A DNA stretch of 54,211 nt, counting the filler, from Diploschistes diacapsis (Eukaryota): NCBI GenBank assembly GCA_023645945.1. It is 4 parts of 4 records of this genome, joined end to end, with 100 filler letters (N's around TTAATTAATTAA, not from the genome) between each part and the next. Parts side by side here need not be neighbours in the genome. Positions count along the whole stretch, not along the records: positions 1 to 13,488 come from JALAIB010000656.1; 3 more parts are not named here. One strand, given 5' to 3'. How positions within the stretch are numbered: position 1 is the first letter of the stretch; each line of letters opens with the position of its first letter. The notes under the pieces are model-generated. The model saw nothing but the letters and a program-made list of their open reading frames with translations, was not told where the DNA came from and made no database searches. Shown in pieces: positions 1 to 10,024 of the stretch. The translations under genes and the position numbers were made by a program.

Positions 1-810
1 CTCCGCCTCCGTCTCAGCACCCTTCCCCCTACCCCTCTTCTTAAGCCCGCGCTCCGGCAGCGCCTGATCCAGGCCCTTCACTCCGCTCTTCTCTCCCTCG
101 GCACCCCCGGCTCCCGCAGCTGCACCGGCGCCATTCCCGAACCTCTTCTGCCGCTCCAGCGCCTTCGCCGCATCGTCCGCCACCGCGCTCGTGCCCGCGG
201 TCCCGAAGCGCTCCGCGCGCTTGCGCCGCTTCTCGAGTTCGGCGTCCGGGTTCGAGAGCGGGAGGTTCGAGGCGAAGGAGACGGGAGCGGGGGCGGGTTC
301 TTCGGCTCCTTTCTTCTCGTATGCATCGGCGTCGGCGTCGGCCTCTGCTGCACCTGATGCATCTGCCAGTGTTGAGGCCGGTGCCTCCTGCGCTGCGGCC
401 GTGTCGGAGGCGGGGTCGGGCGGCGAAACAACGTTCAGGTCGGAGGTCTGCGAGGGGTCGGTGGCGATGGCTTGGTTGGGCACGGCTTGCGGGTTGGGGG
501 GTTGGCCTTTGCCGCCGGCTGCGAGGGCCGCGGCGCTGGATGGATTGCTTGCGTCTTCGGGACGGGGGACGGGGTTGGTTGTGGCAGCATCGGCAGTGGT
601 GGCAATGTCGGTTGGGGTCGACGGTTCGGCTGAGGCGGGTCGTGAGCTTTCTTGTGCCGCTCCTTGTCTTCCCTCCTCCACAGCGTCGGAGTCGAGGAGC
701 CGCTTCACTAGGTCGGCTTTTTTGCCCGTGTGCACGAGATTGCGCCCCTTGAGGAGGGCCGCGAGCTCGTCGTTTTTCTTCTGCTTGTATTCGGCCTCGG
801 TTGGAGCCAT
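1..810 (-). CDS. SAP-domain / Tho1(SARNP, mlo1)-like nuclear RNA-binding protein, 3' end runs off the contig
   Basis: Not in the ORF track because it has no stop. Read by hand from ATG at 810: MAPTEAEYKQKKNDELAALLKGRNLVHTGKKADLVKRLLDSD (SAP motif), a low-complexity linker, then ELEKRRKRAERFG...KALERQKRFG and KGLDQALPER, the repeated R-A-x-R-F-G motif of the Tho1/MOS11 C-terminal region. Open for 270 codons to base 1. Confidence 0.85.
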   Translation of the reverse strand, partial: MAPTEAEYKQKKNDELAALLKGRNLVHTGKKADLVKRLLDSDAVEEGRQGAAQESSRPASAEPSTPTDIATTADAATTNPVPRPEDASNPSSAAALAAGGKGQPPNPQAVPNQAIATDPSQTSDLNVVSPPDPASDTAAAQEAPASTLADASGAAEADADADAYEKKGAEEPAPAPVSFASNLPLSNPDAELEKRRKRAERFGTAGTSAVADDAAKALERQKRFGNGAGAAAGAGGAEGEKSGVKGLDQALPERGLKKRGRGKGAETEAE

Positions 811-1462
811 GCCGGCGGCTAGATCGACGGGATTTCTAGAGAGGCCACAGGACTAGTGGGATTTGTAGGGGTATGGATTGTGGTCTAGTAATGCTGCGAA
901 GGATTATAGTTGTTGCGGGATTGGAGCTTAACGAGTAGGGATGCGCGTAGAGGCGTAAAGTTCTGTGGATGGAAATGGTCGCAAATGGATACTTAGATCT
1001 GGTTACAAGAGCAGATTGCTGATGTTCGGAGGAGGTATGTCAATGCAAATATCAGCGCACTTGCATGAGCGCGTTTAATTTCGTGGAGGCGATTTTCCTT
1101 CTTGGGTGGACCTCGATCCGGCTTAGCCTTTAATATTATATTACTACTTCAAAGAAACCGGTGGCCCTAACCACATTTTTCATCCGCACGCGGACCGTGG
1201 AACGAATACACCTATTACAGTCACGTTCCAAAAGTAATGAGCCCTGCCCCAAAACATATCAAGATTTATGCATACCGCGAGGCTCCCAGTTCACCGATGA
1301 AAAATTATAAAGGCGAGAAAAAGACAAGGAGCATAGAGGGAGCTCCGTATACTGCGGTGACCTTAGCAATCGTGCAGAAGTGATTCGACTCTTTCATTTC
1401 AAACACATTTCGCCGAACCGAATCACTCTTGCTTTAGTAGGCCCGTGGCTCAAGGCCGAAGG

Positions 1463-2227
1463 CTATGGACCTCCATCCTCGACTAACCAATTCATCCATT
1501 CATCTCTCGGTGAGGTTGAACCCTGCTTTGCAGCCGGACTTTTTGGGGACCCTGGAAAGAAGGGGTTCAAGGCTCCTTGTTTTTTGTGCGGAGACTTTGG
1601 TGACCTAGGCGAGGCGGGTTTTGAGAGGAGCGCCGAGAAGGGGCCTAGTTGCCCGGGATCGCCCTGCTGGTGACCACCGTGACCCATATCATTACTGCTG
1701 CTGGCAGCTTTTGCCTGTGCCATTTTTGCTGCCTTGATCGCCTTCACCTTGCTGTAGTATTTTGCATTCTTCGCCTTTTTAGCTGCCTTGTATCCTTCAG
1801 GGTCGGTTCTCTTTCTTTTCTCCGTGGACCTTTTGACGGCTTCCCTGAATTTTGCTCCATCTTTCTTGTACACTTTCTCTCGCCATTTTCTCATGTACTT
1901 CGCCTGAGCTGCTTTGTACCGCTCGGGGTCTTCTTTTTTTCTTTGGTCTCGGTATCTTTTTGCCCTTTCCGCTTTTTTTTTATGGTCAGGTTTTTGTGCA
2001 TGCAATTCCGTTCGACGTTCAATCTGGGATAACCCGGGTTTCCTTCTTTTTGTCCGACGTGTTAGTGTATTCTGTGAATCGGTTGATGGGCGGTTGGCAT
2101 GGTATAGCTGAAGCTTATTGACTGGTTTCTTTTCGATTACTTTGATATCAGAAATATAGTGTTTGCTCGATCGAGCGTTGACGAGTACGGTGAAGAAACA
2201 GAAGAAAAGGATAATAAAACGCCGCAT
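1463..2227 (-). CDS. Orphan secreted Lys/Arg-rich repeat protein (effector-like), 254 aa
   Basis: Single-exon ORF. It has an N-terminal signal-peptide-like segment (MRRFIILFFCFFTVLVNA), a very basic core with repeated DPE-x-YKAA units, SP-rich motifs and an acidic/aromatic end (DEWMNWLVED). No family recognised. Confidence 0.7.
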   Translation of the reverse strand: MRRFIILFFCFFTVLVNARSSKHYISDIKVIEKKPVNKLQLYHANRPSTDSQNTLTRRTKRRKPGLSQIERRTELHAQKPDHKKKAERAKRYRDQRKKEDPERYKAAQAKYMRKWREKVYKKDGAKFREAVKRSTEKRKRTDPEGYKAAKKAKNAKYYSKVKAIKAAKMAQAKAASSSNDMGHGGHQQGDPGQLGPFSALLSKPASPRSPKSPHKKQGALNPFFPGSPKSPAAKQGSTSPRDEWMNWLVEDGGP

Positions 2228-3040
2228 GTTAAAAATAAGTAGATGGTATATTATCTGAAAGATGTAGACTGCATGTGAGGAGAGTAATCGCTAGTAATAG
2301 GTTGTTATAGGGATGCCTCGTTCCCTTTTCTGCAGCTACTTTCATCATGGATTCAGAGTCCCAGCTCCATTTTGTAATCGACGGTGAGAAGGTTAAGTAT
2401 TATAAGCGACAGTTATCGTCTACAGTAAGCCTTGGAGAGCAAAGACTGGCCGCCCACTTGCGCGGCAGTCCAATGCTCGAATACAAGCAATAATTCGTGC
2501 GCTTACTTTTTGTCTGAAATGCACCCACACTTATTTGGGACACAAATATTCTTCATTCCGGGCTTGGCAACCTGGCCTTATCCTAAAGTGCCTGGTTCAA
2601 TTCCCTCCAACTTCACTTTTTTTTGGTAGGTCTACTACTTTTAGATGGATACAAGGTGGATCTGTCATAACAACTGGGTGTGAGTGTTAGACTATTGGCC
2701 AGCCAATAGAGTAAGTCAACCCGATTACCTATGCACCTAGCCTCTATCGAAATCGTTCATAGGCAAAGCAATTGCAGCGGCTCTCGCTCGCCTCTTAAAT
2801 CAGATATTCCCGAAGCCTTTATATACAAAAGATGGTAAGAACCAAAGCAGTTGACCATTTGTTTCGGTGGTTTCCGTAATGGCCACATCCAGGTGGACTT
2901 GGATCAGAAGGCGTTCTCAGCTGAAACGCGATAACTAGTAGAACTAGTATAAATTTTGGCAGCCCACCATTCAAATCACATGATCGAAACGGCACCGAAA
3001 GAACACGACGCTAGTATTTAATCTAGTAATCTAGTATATA

Positions 3041-3063
3041 GTGTGTGTGTGTGTGTGTGTGTG
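3041..3063. repeat. (GT)11 microsatellite
   Basis: Perfect GT dinucleotide run, seen directly. Confidence 0.95.
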
Positions 3064-3296
3064 GAGAGAGAACTAGCCTATTACATATTACACCGCTACC
3101 AAGGTATGGGTTATTCTTAGAAACATAATGGACCCTGCGTAGAGAGAATGGCTGCTGTCACTGTCAGCCAAATTCCGCAAGCTGCCCATTGGAGCGAGAT
3201 CGCAGTTCAGACCCCCGAGGCTCTGTGGTAGTGGTGGTGGCGGTGGTGGCATAGCTGGGGGCACAGCTGGGGGCATACATTACAACGATACAAACA

Positions 3297-3336
3297 CTAA
3301 CCCCTAAACCCGCAAACCCGTAAACCCGTAAACCCG
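3297..3336. repeat. Short degenerate tandem repeat (TAAACCCG-like, about 4-5 units)
   Basis: ctaacccc-taaacccg-caaacccg-taaacccg-taaacccg. Confidence 0.75.
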
Positions 3337-4647
3337 GCTAGCCTAGGCCAAACAAAACGCCAACGCACCTTAACGGCTGAGGAGTTTGAAGCGCTGTGAT
3401 TTTTTTTCCCACAACTCTCTTTTCCCCGCTAGCGAATCTTGCTTCCTCTCCTTCAACAAATCGCAGCCTCGTCCAGCCATCACACAAGCACCTCCTCCAT
3501 GCGAATAGTCCTTCTTTCATCCCGTTCCTGTTCTCTGACTCGCTGGAAATGCCAACGTTCCCGTATCTGAAATGTCTCGTCATTTCTTCGTTCCGACCGG
3601 GAGAAATCCATCGTGCCGTTTGCTAGGTCCTATCATCATCTGTTCTCCCCCCAGTTCCCAGCTTTCTTCTACAGAACTGCAGCCATGAACTTGTGAGAGC
3701 CTATCGCTAGCTGGAACCCTCTCGAAGCTTCAAGATTAGTGTACCAGGTCCAAGCGGTGGCACCTGAGGAGGTAGATCTCGCAGGCTCTTGACACGCGCT
3801 GTCTCAATTAGGGTCCCCCGCCAATCCTGAGTCCAAGGAGGCAGACGAAAGAGGCAAGGCAGTGTGGCAACTATGTGATCTTTGGCTGTCAGAGTCACCT
3901 ATCGCAGCACGGGCGTATCTGTACGAGCAGTCACTCCAGAAACGATTGCAGAGCCGGATCGTTCTCACTCTCAATGATGTTCCAATACCATCCACCAAAC
4001 AACTCTCTATTCCGAGCTTCTGTTTCCTTCCTACCGCCGTCCTTGCTTTCTATCGCCAAGCATGTATGATATGTGGAGACCGTGCACAGGCCGATTTCCT
4101 TTTCCTCTTCAGACCGTCCTTCTCAACTTATCCGAATTGTCTTTTGCTGTTTTTCAGCTTGCGAGTCCGCTGCGTCGTACTTTGCATATATTTTCCCCAC
4201 TGGTTTCAAGGCAAAACTGCCCACATTTGCTGCTCGGGTACCCATTTTATGCACGTTCGCGTCAAAGCTTCTAGCTGGGACCCATCGGTCGAGGCCGACG
4301 GGCCAGTGGCGGTGCGACCCAAAAGTCATCAACGCTTCCCTCTGAAAAGTACACACATATTTCCATATCTCGCACACACTCCATAACATTTCCCCCAAAG
4401 ACTTCTATTTATGTACAATATTATTATTTTTGTACCTTGCACACTGTCGTGAGCATATGGGTCATGTCATTTCCGCTTTTGGACGACCTGCGCAAGACAT
4501 CACTTGGCTTAGCCTAATTTCACCTTTGGCTGGCAGGAACTGACTGTGGAACATTCAGATCCTACACTGGCTTGACGCCGAAAACACTTCCGATTTGATT
4601 CTTAAGCCTCATGTTCTATCCCTCCAGAAAAGATCACGTGATGCATC

Positions 4648-7600
4648 ATGGCCCCGAGACTTTTGCATCCTTCGCGGCCCTCCAAGGGCAATGATCAGAA
4701 GCAGGCCGAGAAGCAAACAAAGTTGTCCAAGCGAGCCTCGGTCTCAGCAGCGCCTGCCACACTCTCGAAGATACCATTACAGTCGCCTTCGTGGTCACGA
4801 TCCTCCAACAATAAGACGAAGAAGCCCAATGTTCATCCAACGGGACTAACAAGCGAGCCAAGATCCCAGATAACTACCTGTAAAGAGCGGGGGGAGCTTC
4901 CGGGCGGAAAGAGAACTAGCCAGCTGGTTTCTGATGTTGCTTTTAGTTTGGATGCTGAGACTGGCGGTCACAGTCCTGTGACTACAATGCAGGCCCCGTC
5001 AGAGCACCGCCTACGGCGAAGACTCTCTTCGCAAGATCAGAGGCCTAAATATACCAGCTTAGAACCTTCAGAGCACTCGAGCACCGTCCAATCGCAGCGA
5101 ATAACTGCACCCGAAACATCTACAGATGCTTCTCCAGATGCTTACCCTGGGTCTGTGCTTGGCATCAGCCTCCCTACGCTATCACCACCTGTTAAAGAAG
5201 GCCAGAGCCAGAGCCTACCTCAAATGCCTCCTGAACTCGCCCACCTGCACTCTCAAGCGGGAACTTCTAGACCTTTATATCACCTTTTTCCGACATCAAC
5301 ACCGGATCTGAAGCCACCCACACCAAATTTCGCGCGGAGCAACAGCGCCTCGACCCGCCACTCGGAGTCACGCAGCCCTTGGAGCACAGCTTCAACCACC
5401 ACATCTGACTCTTCCCACTCTCCAGCAAACTCCCAGATTTCCAAGTTCGCTACCAGAACCAGACTAGGCAGCCCAAAGACGAGCCGACCGCCGGTACCAC
5501 ACCGAAAGCTAGCAGGACAAGGGCGTGATGAGGAAGGCGCGTTGGAGAGCAAAGGACTACCAGCGGTTCGGGAATCAATGATCTCCTCATCTTCATCTTC
5601 CACGATGAGGAATGCCGAGCGAACAACAGAGGCGAGCCAAGTGGCGAAAAAGAATATTCTTTGGTCTCCGACGCCCCCAATGCGGATTTCTTCAAAGACA
5701 AACCAACATACCAAAAACTCAGCCTCTAATTTGGCCCGTCAGACTCCTGAATCGTCCATCCTGTTACTACCAGAGCCACCACAGATAGAAATGGTACAGC
5801 ACAGTAAAGTGCGATCAAAATCGTCTGCCTCGAACATCGGCCAATCAAAGGTCCCACCACCTCGTCCAAGCCGAGAGGGTATGCCGACTCTGGAAAGCTC
5901 AAAGCCTTCTCCGGTCATCCAGAGTAACCTGCCATGCTTAGCAACCGCTGGTTACAAGCGACGTGATTCCACTTCTAGAGAGCAACTCGGCTCACCAAGC
6001 AAAGCACATGATACTTGCGCCTTGGATGCTATCACGACTTCTCGCCCTCCGCCTGTCACCTCTGACGCTTCGAGGAACAGGTTACGGATCCCTACTGCGA
6101 CAAAGGAAGCGAAAGCAACTGGCCCACACCTTTACTCTCGTAAATCGTCAAGAAGCCGAGAGCGTACTGGTTCACGGTCAAACTTGGAACAGCAAATCAA
6201 ACGAGAACCGAGTCCCTTGTTCACGAGTCCGAGCAAATCGCTAAGCAGATTTGGTCTCTTTTCGACGAAATCCAAATCGCCTTTAGAATCTAGCACTAGC
6301 CAGGCCACGGACAAGTCAGCGCGGAAAGGCCCCGCTGCAGGTACAGGACATGAAGGGTATGGCAGGTACGCCCGTCGAGGCCGTAGCGGTAGCACGAGCA
6401 CGGCTGCAAGTCGCGGAAGGTCAACCAGCACGGATCGCACGTCGAGCAGTGCAACCAGACCTGCCTCCAGCCGCAAGAGCAGTTTCACCAGCAATGACGG
6501 CAAAGCAGAACTCGATGACTTTCTCAAAGCCCGACTTGAGCCAGTTTTCATTGGCGGTGGCGGAAGGATCAGAGATGATCGCAATAGCAGTCTCGGTCTG
6601 TATCAGATGGAGAACAACCAAAGCTCGAGTGTTAGTGTCGAAAGCATTGCTGCGCCCGTTCGGGCTCCTCCCTCACAAGCATCATATCCACCAAGCAGCA
6701 ACGCATCATCCGATAATCTCTCCGCAGACTACCCATCTCGCCCTTTCTATCCGACCACATTGGACTCCACGCCTGATCTTCGACCCGGCCTGGCGCATCG
6801 ACGTTCCCTACATCGTCTGCAGCTGTTTGGCGAAGCCCCACCAGTGCGCATCCCGGCTCCAATTAACACTAGGGTCTTGGCCGATTCCCCAGCGCTTGAC
6901 ACATACGACTCAACGTTGTCTTCGTTACCTCAGACAGACACCAGCCTGCCGCTCACAGACGATGTCTCGGAGGGCCACGAGGGGAACTGGCTCAACCCAA
7001 AGAAGAAGGTTCAGGAAGACACCAAAACGAGGAAGTGGAACATCTTCCATCGTCCACAGCGCAGTTCAGAAAGAGCACCGGAAGCACTCGGCTCCAACGA
7101 TAGTTGGGCGGATCTGCCAAAGTCCGTGGCAGCGTTTGGAGATCCCAGGCCCATTGCTCATTACGCGATAGTCGATGGGTTCGACTCCGAAGGGTCTGAA
7201 AACCTTGAGGACGCCTTGCGCAATATCGAGGAAAACTTGAAGTTCGACAGCGAAGAAAAGTTCACACTACCTGATTTTGCACCGCAACCGCGCGAACCTT
7301 CAATGTTGCTCCCATCTCCTCCAAAGTTCCCATCAGCATTCGAGCCTTTTCCCACTCCTATCTCACTCGTGCAAGCAGACCTTCAGCTTTCTTCAGAGCT
7401 GTCACCGAGTCCTGAGCCCCGGAACCCTCCAGGAAGAATCCCAAGATTGCAGCAAATTGGTCGAATACCTCAAGTTGTATCCAAGCGCGATCGCAATTTT
7501 CGGCCCTCGCCACAGTCTTTTTCCCGCCCGTTCGCTCCTCGTGGTATTCCAGACCTAGTGCCGAAAGCCGAGTCAAGCCGAGAGCCAGCAATTCCGGCTT

Positions 7601-9312
7601 CTACCCCAATCTCGGCAGATGACCATCCCATTCTAGGTCTCAAGGTTGATGCAATTCCTCCGGCTCTCTTTTCGACGGAGCTTCACCACCACGCAGGCGT
7701 GGTTCCAGTGAATGGTATGCTGCATAATCTCGACGGCGAACATGAGTTTTTGCGCTTCTCTCGCAGACAAGACTCAGATGTCTCGGGAACTAACAGCTCT
7801 GGGATTTTAGATCTGACCCCGGTAACAGCAACGTTGCCCACGCCTGATGCCGTGCTCAGCGACGACGAGGTATGGGACGAATTCGACGATCTGCTTGACA
7901 TTATCGCATCTCCTAGCTCTACTGCGCCTGATACCCCCGGACTGCCGAAGTATCCGGATTCTTGTTTCGGTCCCAACCATTTTCCAACACAACCTAAAAT
8001 AGGAACGGGATCCAATGCCCCAAACGACTTCACTCTGCCGGAAGCAGCCCAGGCAGCAGCTCACCAAACATACAAGCCAGTTCTTCCGCCACGTCCTAGC
8101 TTCCTGGATCCTCCATCTGACCGTGACCAGCTTTCCAGTCCCATGTCTCTCTCCGACTTGTACGCGGGATACGGCAGTCGACCCAATGCTGCAGGATCGG
8201 TTGTTCGCAACAGCAACGCATCGACCACATCGGGCAGCCGGTACAGCGAGCAGACTATCATCTCAGAACCAGCTTCGCCCAACATTGACGATGCTCGCAC
8301 AAAGCGCGTAACCCAGGTCTTAGCTGAAAAGACCTACAACGCTTCTTCGGACAGCCTACGATTCTCTTCCTTGATGGCTTCCCGATGGCTTTCCTTCGAC
8401 CGTGTGCTTTTTTCTCCCGTCCAAGCCGAACTCCGCAGCAGTCGTCAGGATCGCATACTTGTCGTAGACGGCCTTGAGAACGATGACTGGTCAACATACT
8501 GCGCTTTGACATATCCAGAAGCTAATGTCTACAACCTCTGCACTTCATCTGCCCTCTGGCTTGGGCGGCCTACCGAGGTTTCCAATGCGGACAAGTGGAT
8601 GGCGCCAACCAATCATCGCCGCATTTCGTACGCCAACCTCTCGGCACCCTTTCCATTCCCAAAGGGCTTTTTCACGGCGGTCGTCTTCCGTTTTCCTGCT
8701 GCAAACACCGAGCATGCCTACCGAAACGCGGTTTCTGAGTGCAAGCGTGTACTGCGTCCCGGTGGCTATGTCGAGCTTACGATCCTCGACATGGATATGG
8801 TCAGCATGGGCAACCATGTTAGCCGTGCGATCCGCAACCTCAAAGTTCGTATGCAAGCTGCTCTACCAGACATCAGCTTGAGCCCCGCGAGCGACAATGT
8901 CATGAAACTTCTCGGTCGAAAAGGGTTTGAAAATATCTCCCGCTGTGTCGTTGGCGTTCCGGTCACTGGGGCTGTGTCGGACTCTCGCGCAGGATCATTC
9001 AATGATCCTCGGTCGACTGCGGCGCCAGATCGAGAAGCCGAGACTGGCGCACAGCTGTCCCTAGGTGCACTGCTGGCTGGACAAGCACAGAATGCGGACC
9101 TTCACTATCCCGTTACCAAAATGGTTGCTCGCGTAGCCCGGTGGTGGTGGTCGAAATGCTACGAGAAAAGCGTCCTAGGAGAGTCGCGCGAGAGCATGTG
9201 GAGTGACAAGCAGCTTCTTAGAGAATGCGAGAATAGAGAGACTGGCTTGAGGCTGGTAATCTGCTACGCGCAAAAGCCGATCGGCGCAAGACGCCGGACG
9301 GTCAGCGTTTGA
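4648..9312 (+). CDS. Large Ser/Pro-rich protein with a C-terminal class I SAM-methyltransferase-like domain (1554 aa)
   Basis: Uninterrupted 4.6-kb ORF. The N-terminal ~1230 aa are low complexity. The C-terminus carries RWLSFDRVLFSP, ILVVDGL, FPFPKGFFTAVVFRFP and ECKRVLRPGGYVEL, typical of the conserved filamentous-fungal Methyltransf_11-like family. Confidence 0.85.
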   Translation: MAPRLLHPSRPSKGNDQKQAEKQTKLSKRASVSAAPATLSKIPLQSPSWSRSSNNKTKKPNVHPTGLTSEPRSQITTCKERGELPGGKRTSQLVSDVAFSLDAETGGHSPVTTMQAPSEHRLRRRLSSQDQRPKYTSLEPSEHSSTVQSQRITAPETSTDASPDAYPGSVLGISLPTLSPPVKEGQSQSLPQMPPELAHLHSQAGTSRPLYHLFPTSTPDLKPPTPNFARSNSASTRHSESRSPWSTASTTTSDSSHSPANSQISKFATRTRLGSPKTSRPPVPHRKLAGQGRDEEGALESKGLPAVRESMISSSSSSTMRNAERTTEASQVAKKNILWSPTPPMRISSKTNQHTKNSASNLARQTPESSILLLPEPPQIEMVQHSKVRSKSSASNIGQSKVPPPRPSREGMPTLESSKPSPVIQSNLPCLATAGYKRRDSTSREQLGSPSKAHDTCALDAITTSRPPPVTSDASRNRLRIPTATKEAKATGPHLYSRKSSRSRERTGSRSNLEQQIKREPSPLFTSPSKSLSRFGLFSTKSKSPLESSTSQATDKSARKGPAAGTGHEGYGRYARRGRSGSTSTAASRGRSTSTDRTSSSATRPASSRKSSFTSNDGKAELDDFLKARLEPVFIGGGGRIRDDRNSSLGLYQMENNQSSSVSVESIAAPVRAPPSQASYPPSSNASSDNLSADYPSRPFYPTTLDSTPDLRPGLAHRRSLHRLQLFGEAPPVRIPAPINTRVLADSPALDTYDSTLSSLPQTDTSLPLTDDVSEGHEGNWLNPKKKVQEDTKTRKWNIFHRPQRSSERAPEALGSNDSWADLPKSVAAFGDPRPIAHYAIVDGFDSEGSENLEDALRNIEENLKFDSEEKFTLPDFAPQPREPSMLLPSPPKFPSAFEPFPTPISLVQADLQLSSELSPSPEPRNPPGRIPRLQQIGRIPQVVSKRDRNFRPSPQSFSRPFAPRGIPDLVPKAESSREPAIPASTPISADDHPILGLKVDAIPPALFSTELHHHAGVVPVNGMLHNLDGEHEFLRFSRRQDSDVSGTNSSGILDLTPVTATLPTPDAVLSDDEVWDEFDDLLDIIASPSSTAPDTPGLPKYPDSCFGPNHFPTQPKIGTGSNAPNDFTLPEAAQAAAHQTYKPVLPPRPSFLDPPSDRDQLSSPMSLSDLYAGYGSRPNAAGSVVRNSNASTTSGSRYSEQTIISEPASPNIDDARTKRVTQVLAEKTYNASSDSLRFSSLMASRWLSFDRVLFSPVQAELRSSRQDRILVVDGLENDDWSTYCALTYPEANVYNLCTSSALWLGRPTEVSNADKWMAPTNHRRISYANLSAPFPFPKGFFTAVVFRFPAANTEHAYRNAVSECKRVLRPGGYVELTILDMDMVSMGNHVSRAIRNLKVRMQAALPDISLSPASDNVMKLLGRKGFENISRCVVGVPVTGAVSDSRAGSFNDPRSTAAPDREAETGAQLSLGALLAGQAQNADLHYPVTKMVARVARWWWSKCYEKSVLGESRESMWSDKQLLRECENRETGLRLVICYAQKPIGARRRTVSV

Positions 9313-10024
9313 GGCAATACTCTTGAAGGGGGAAAATTACCCTCCTGGTCAACTGTCCGATTCTAACTAATTTGCCTATTAACCCCTTTTCCCGGGAGCG
9401 TTCAAGCGATGCACTATAATTTCCACCATTCAATAATCTATACAACGCCGGCAGGTCCAGGCTCCACCCGACTTCTCTCGTCACCGACGCCCACATAGGT
9501 TTCTATAATACTTTTTTTAATCACCATCACGAAAGAGAAGCGGCCGCAAGCCAGTGTGTTTGAACATCCTGTACGATGAACTGTGAGATGATGTTTTATT
9601 GTTGGACGGTTACGATGATGTACGGTGCACCAAGGCAATGATGCTCTACTGAGACGATGAATGACAGGATATCTCGAGATGGAACGCAAGAGAATGGTGA
9701 TATATGAAGCCATGTTTATTGGCTAAGGGGTTGCTATTTGAGGCAGATATGGATCTTGGCGCTCAGAAGTAGATAGCACACTGTAGCATTAATGCTAGAA
9801 TAGTGGCTGGAAATAATGACTTTCGATCATACAGGTAAACAATCATGAGTGATATTGTAGAGCTGAGCACAACGGAGTAGCACAACTTGGCACAACTTTA
9901 TGCCCAAATTGTGCTCATCTGAAATCTTATTCTGCTCATAACTTAGTTCTATCCTCCACGCCTCTTCAACATCAAGTCCCACGTTCCACCACACAAGAAG
10001 CAAAGCAGCAAAAGCCCGAATGTA

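Noticed and set aside
191..856. Plus-strand 221-aa ORF and overlapping short ORFs
   Set aside because: Antisense shadows of the GC-rich SAP/Tho1-like gene on the minus strand.
3297..3336. True telomere or interstitial telomeric array
   Set aside because: Only one exact CCCTAA; the units are 8-mers and internal to the contig.
3862..4386. 174-aa plus-strand ORF upstream of the methyltransferase-domain gene
   Set aside because: Non-ATG start and no domain signal; the region looks like 5' UTR or intron sequence.
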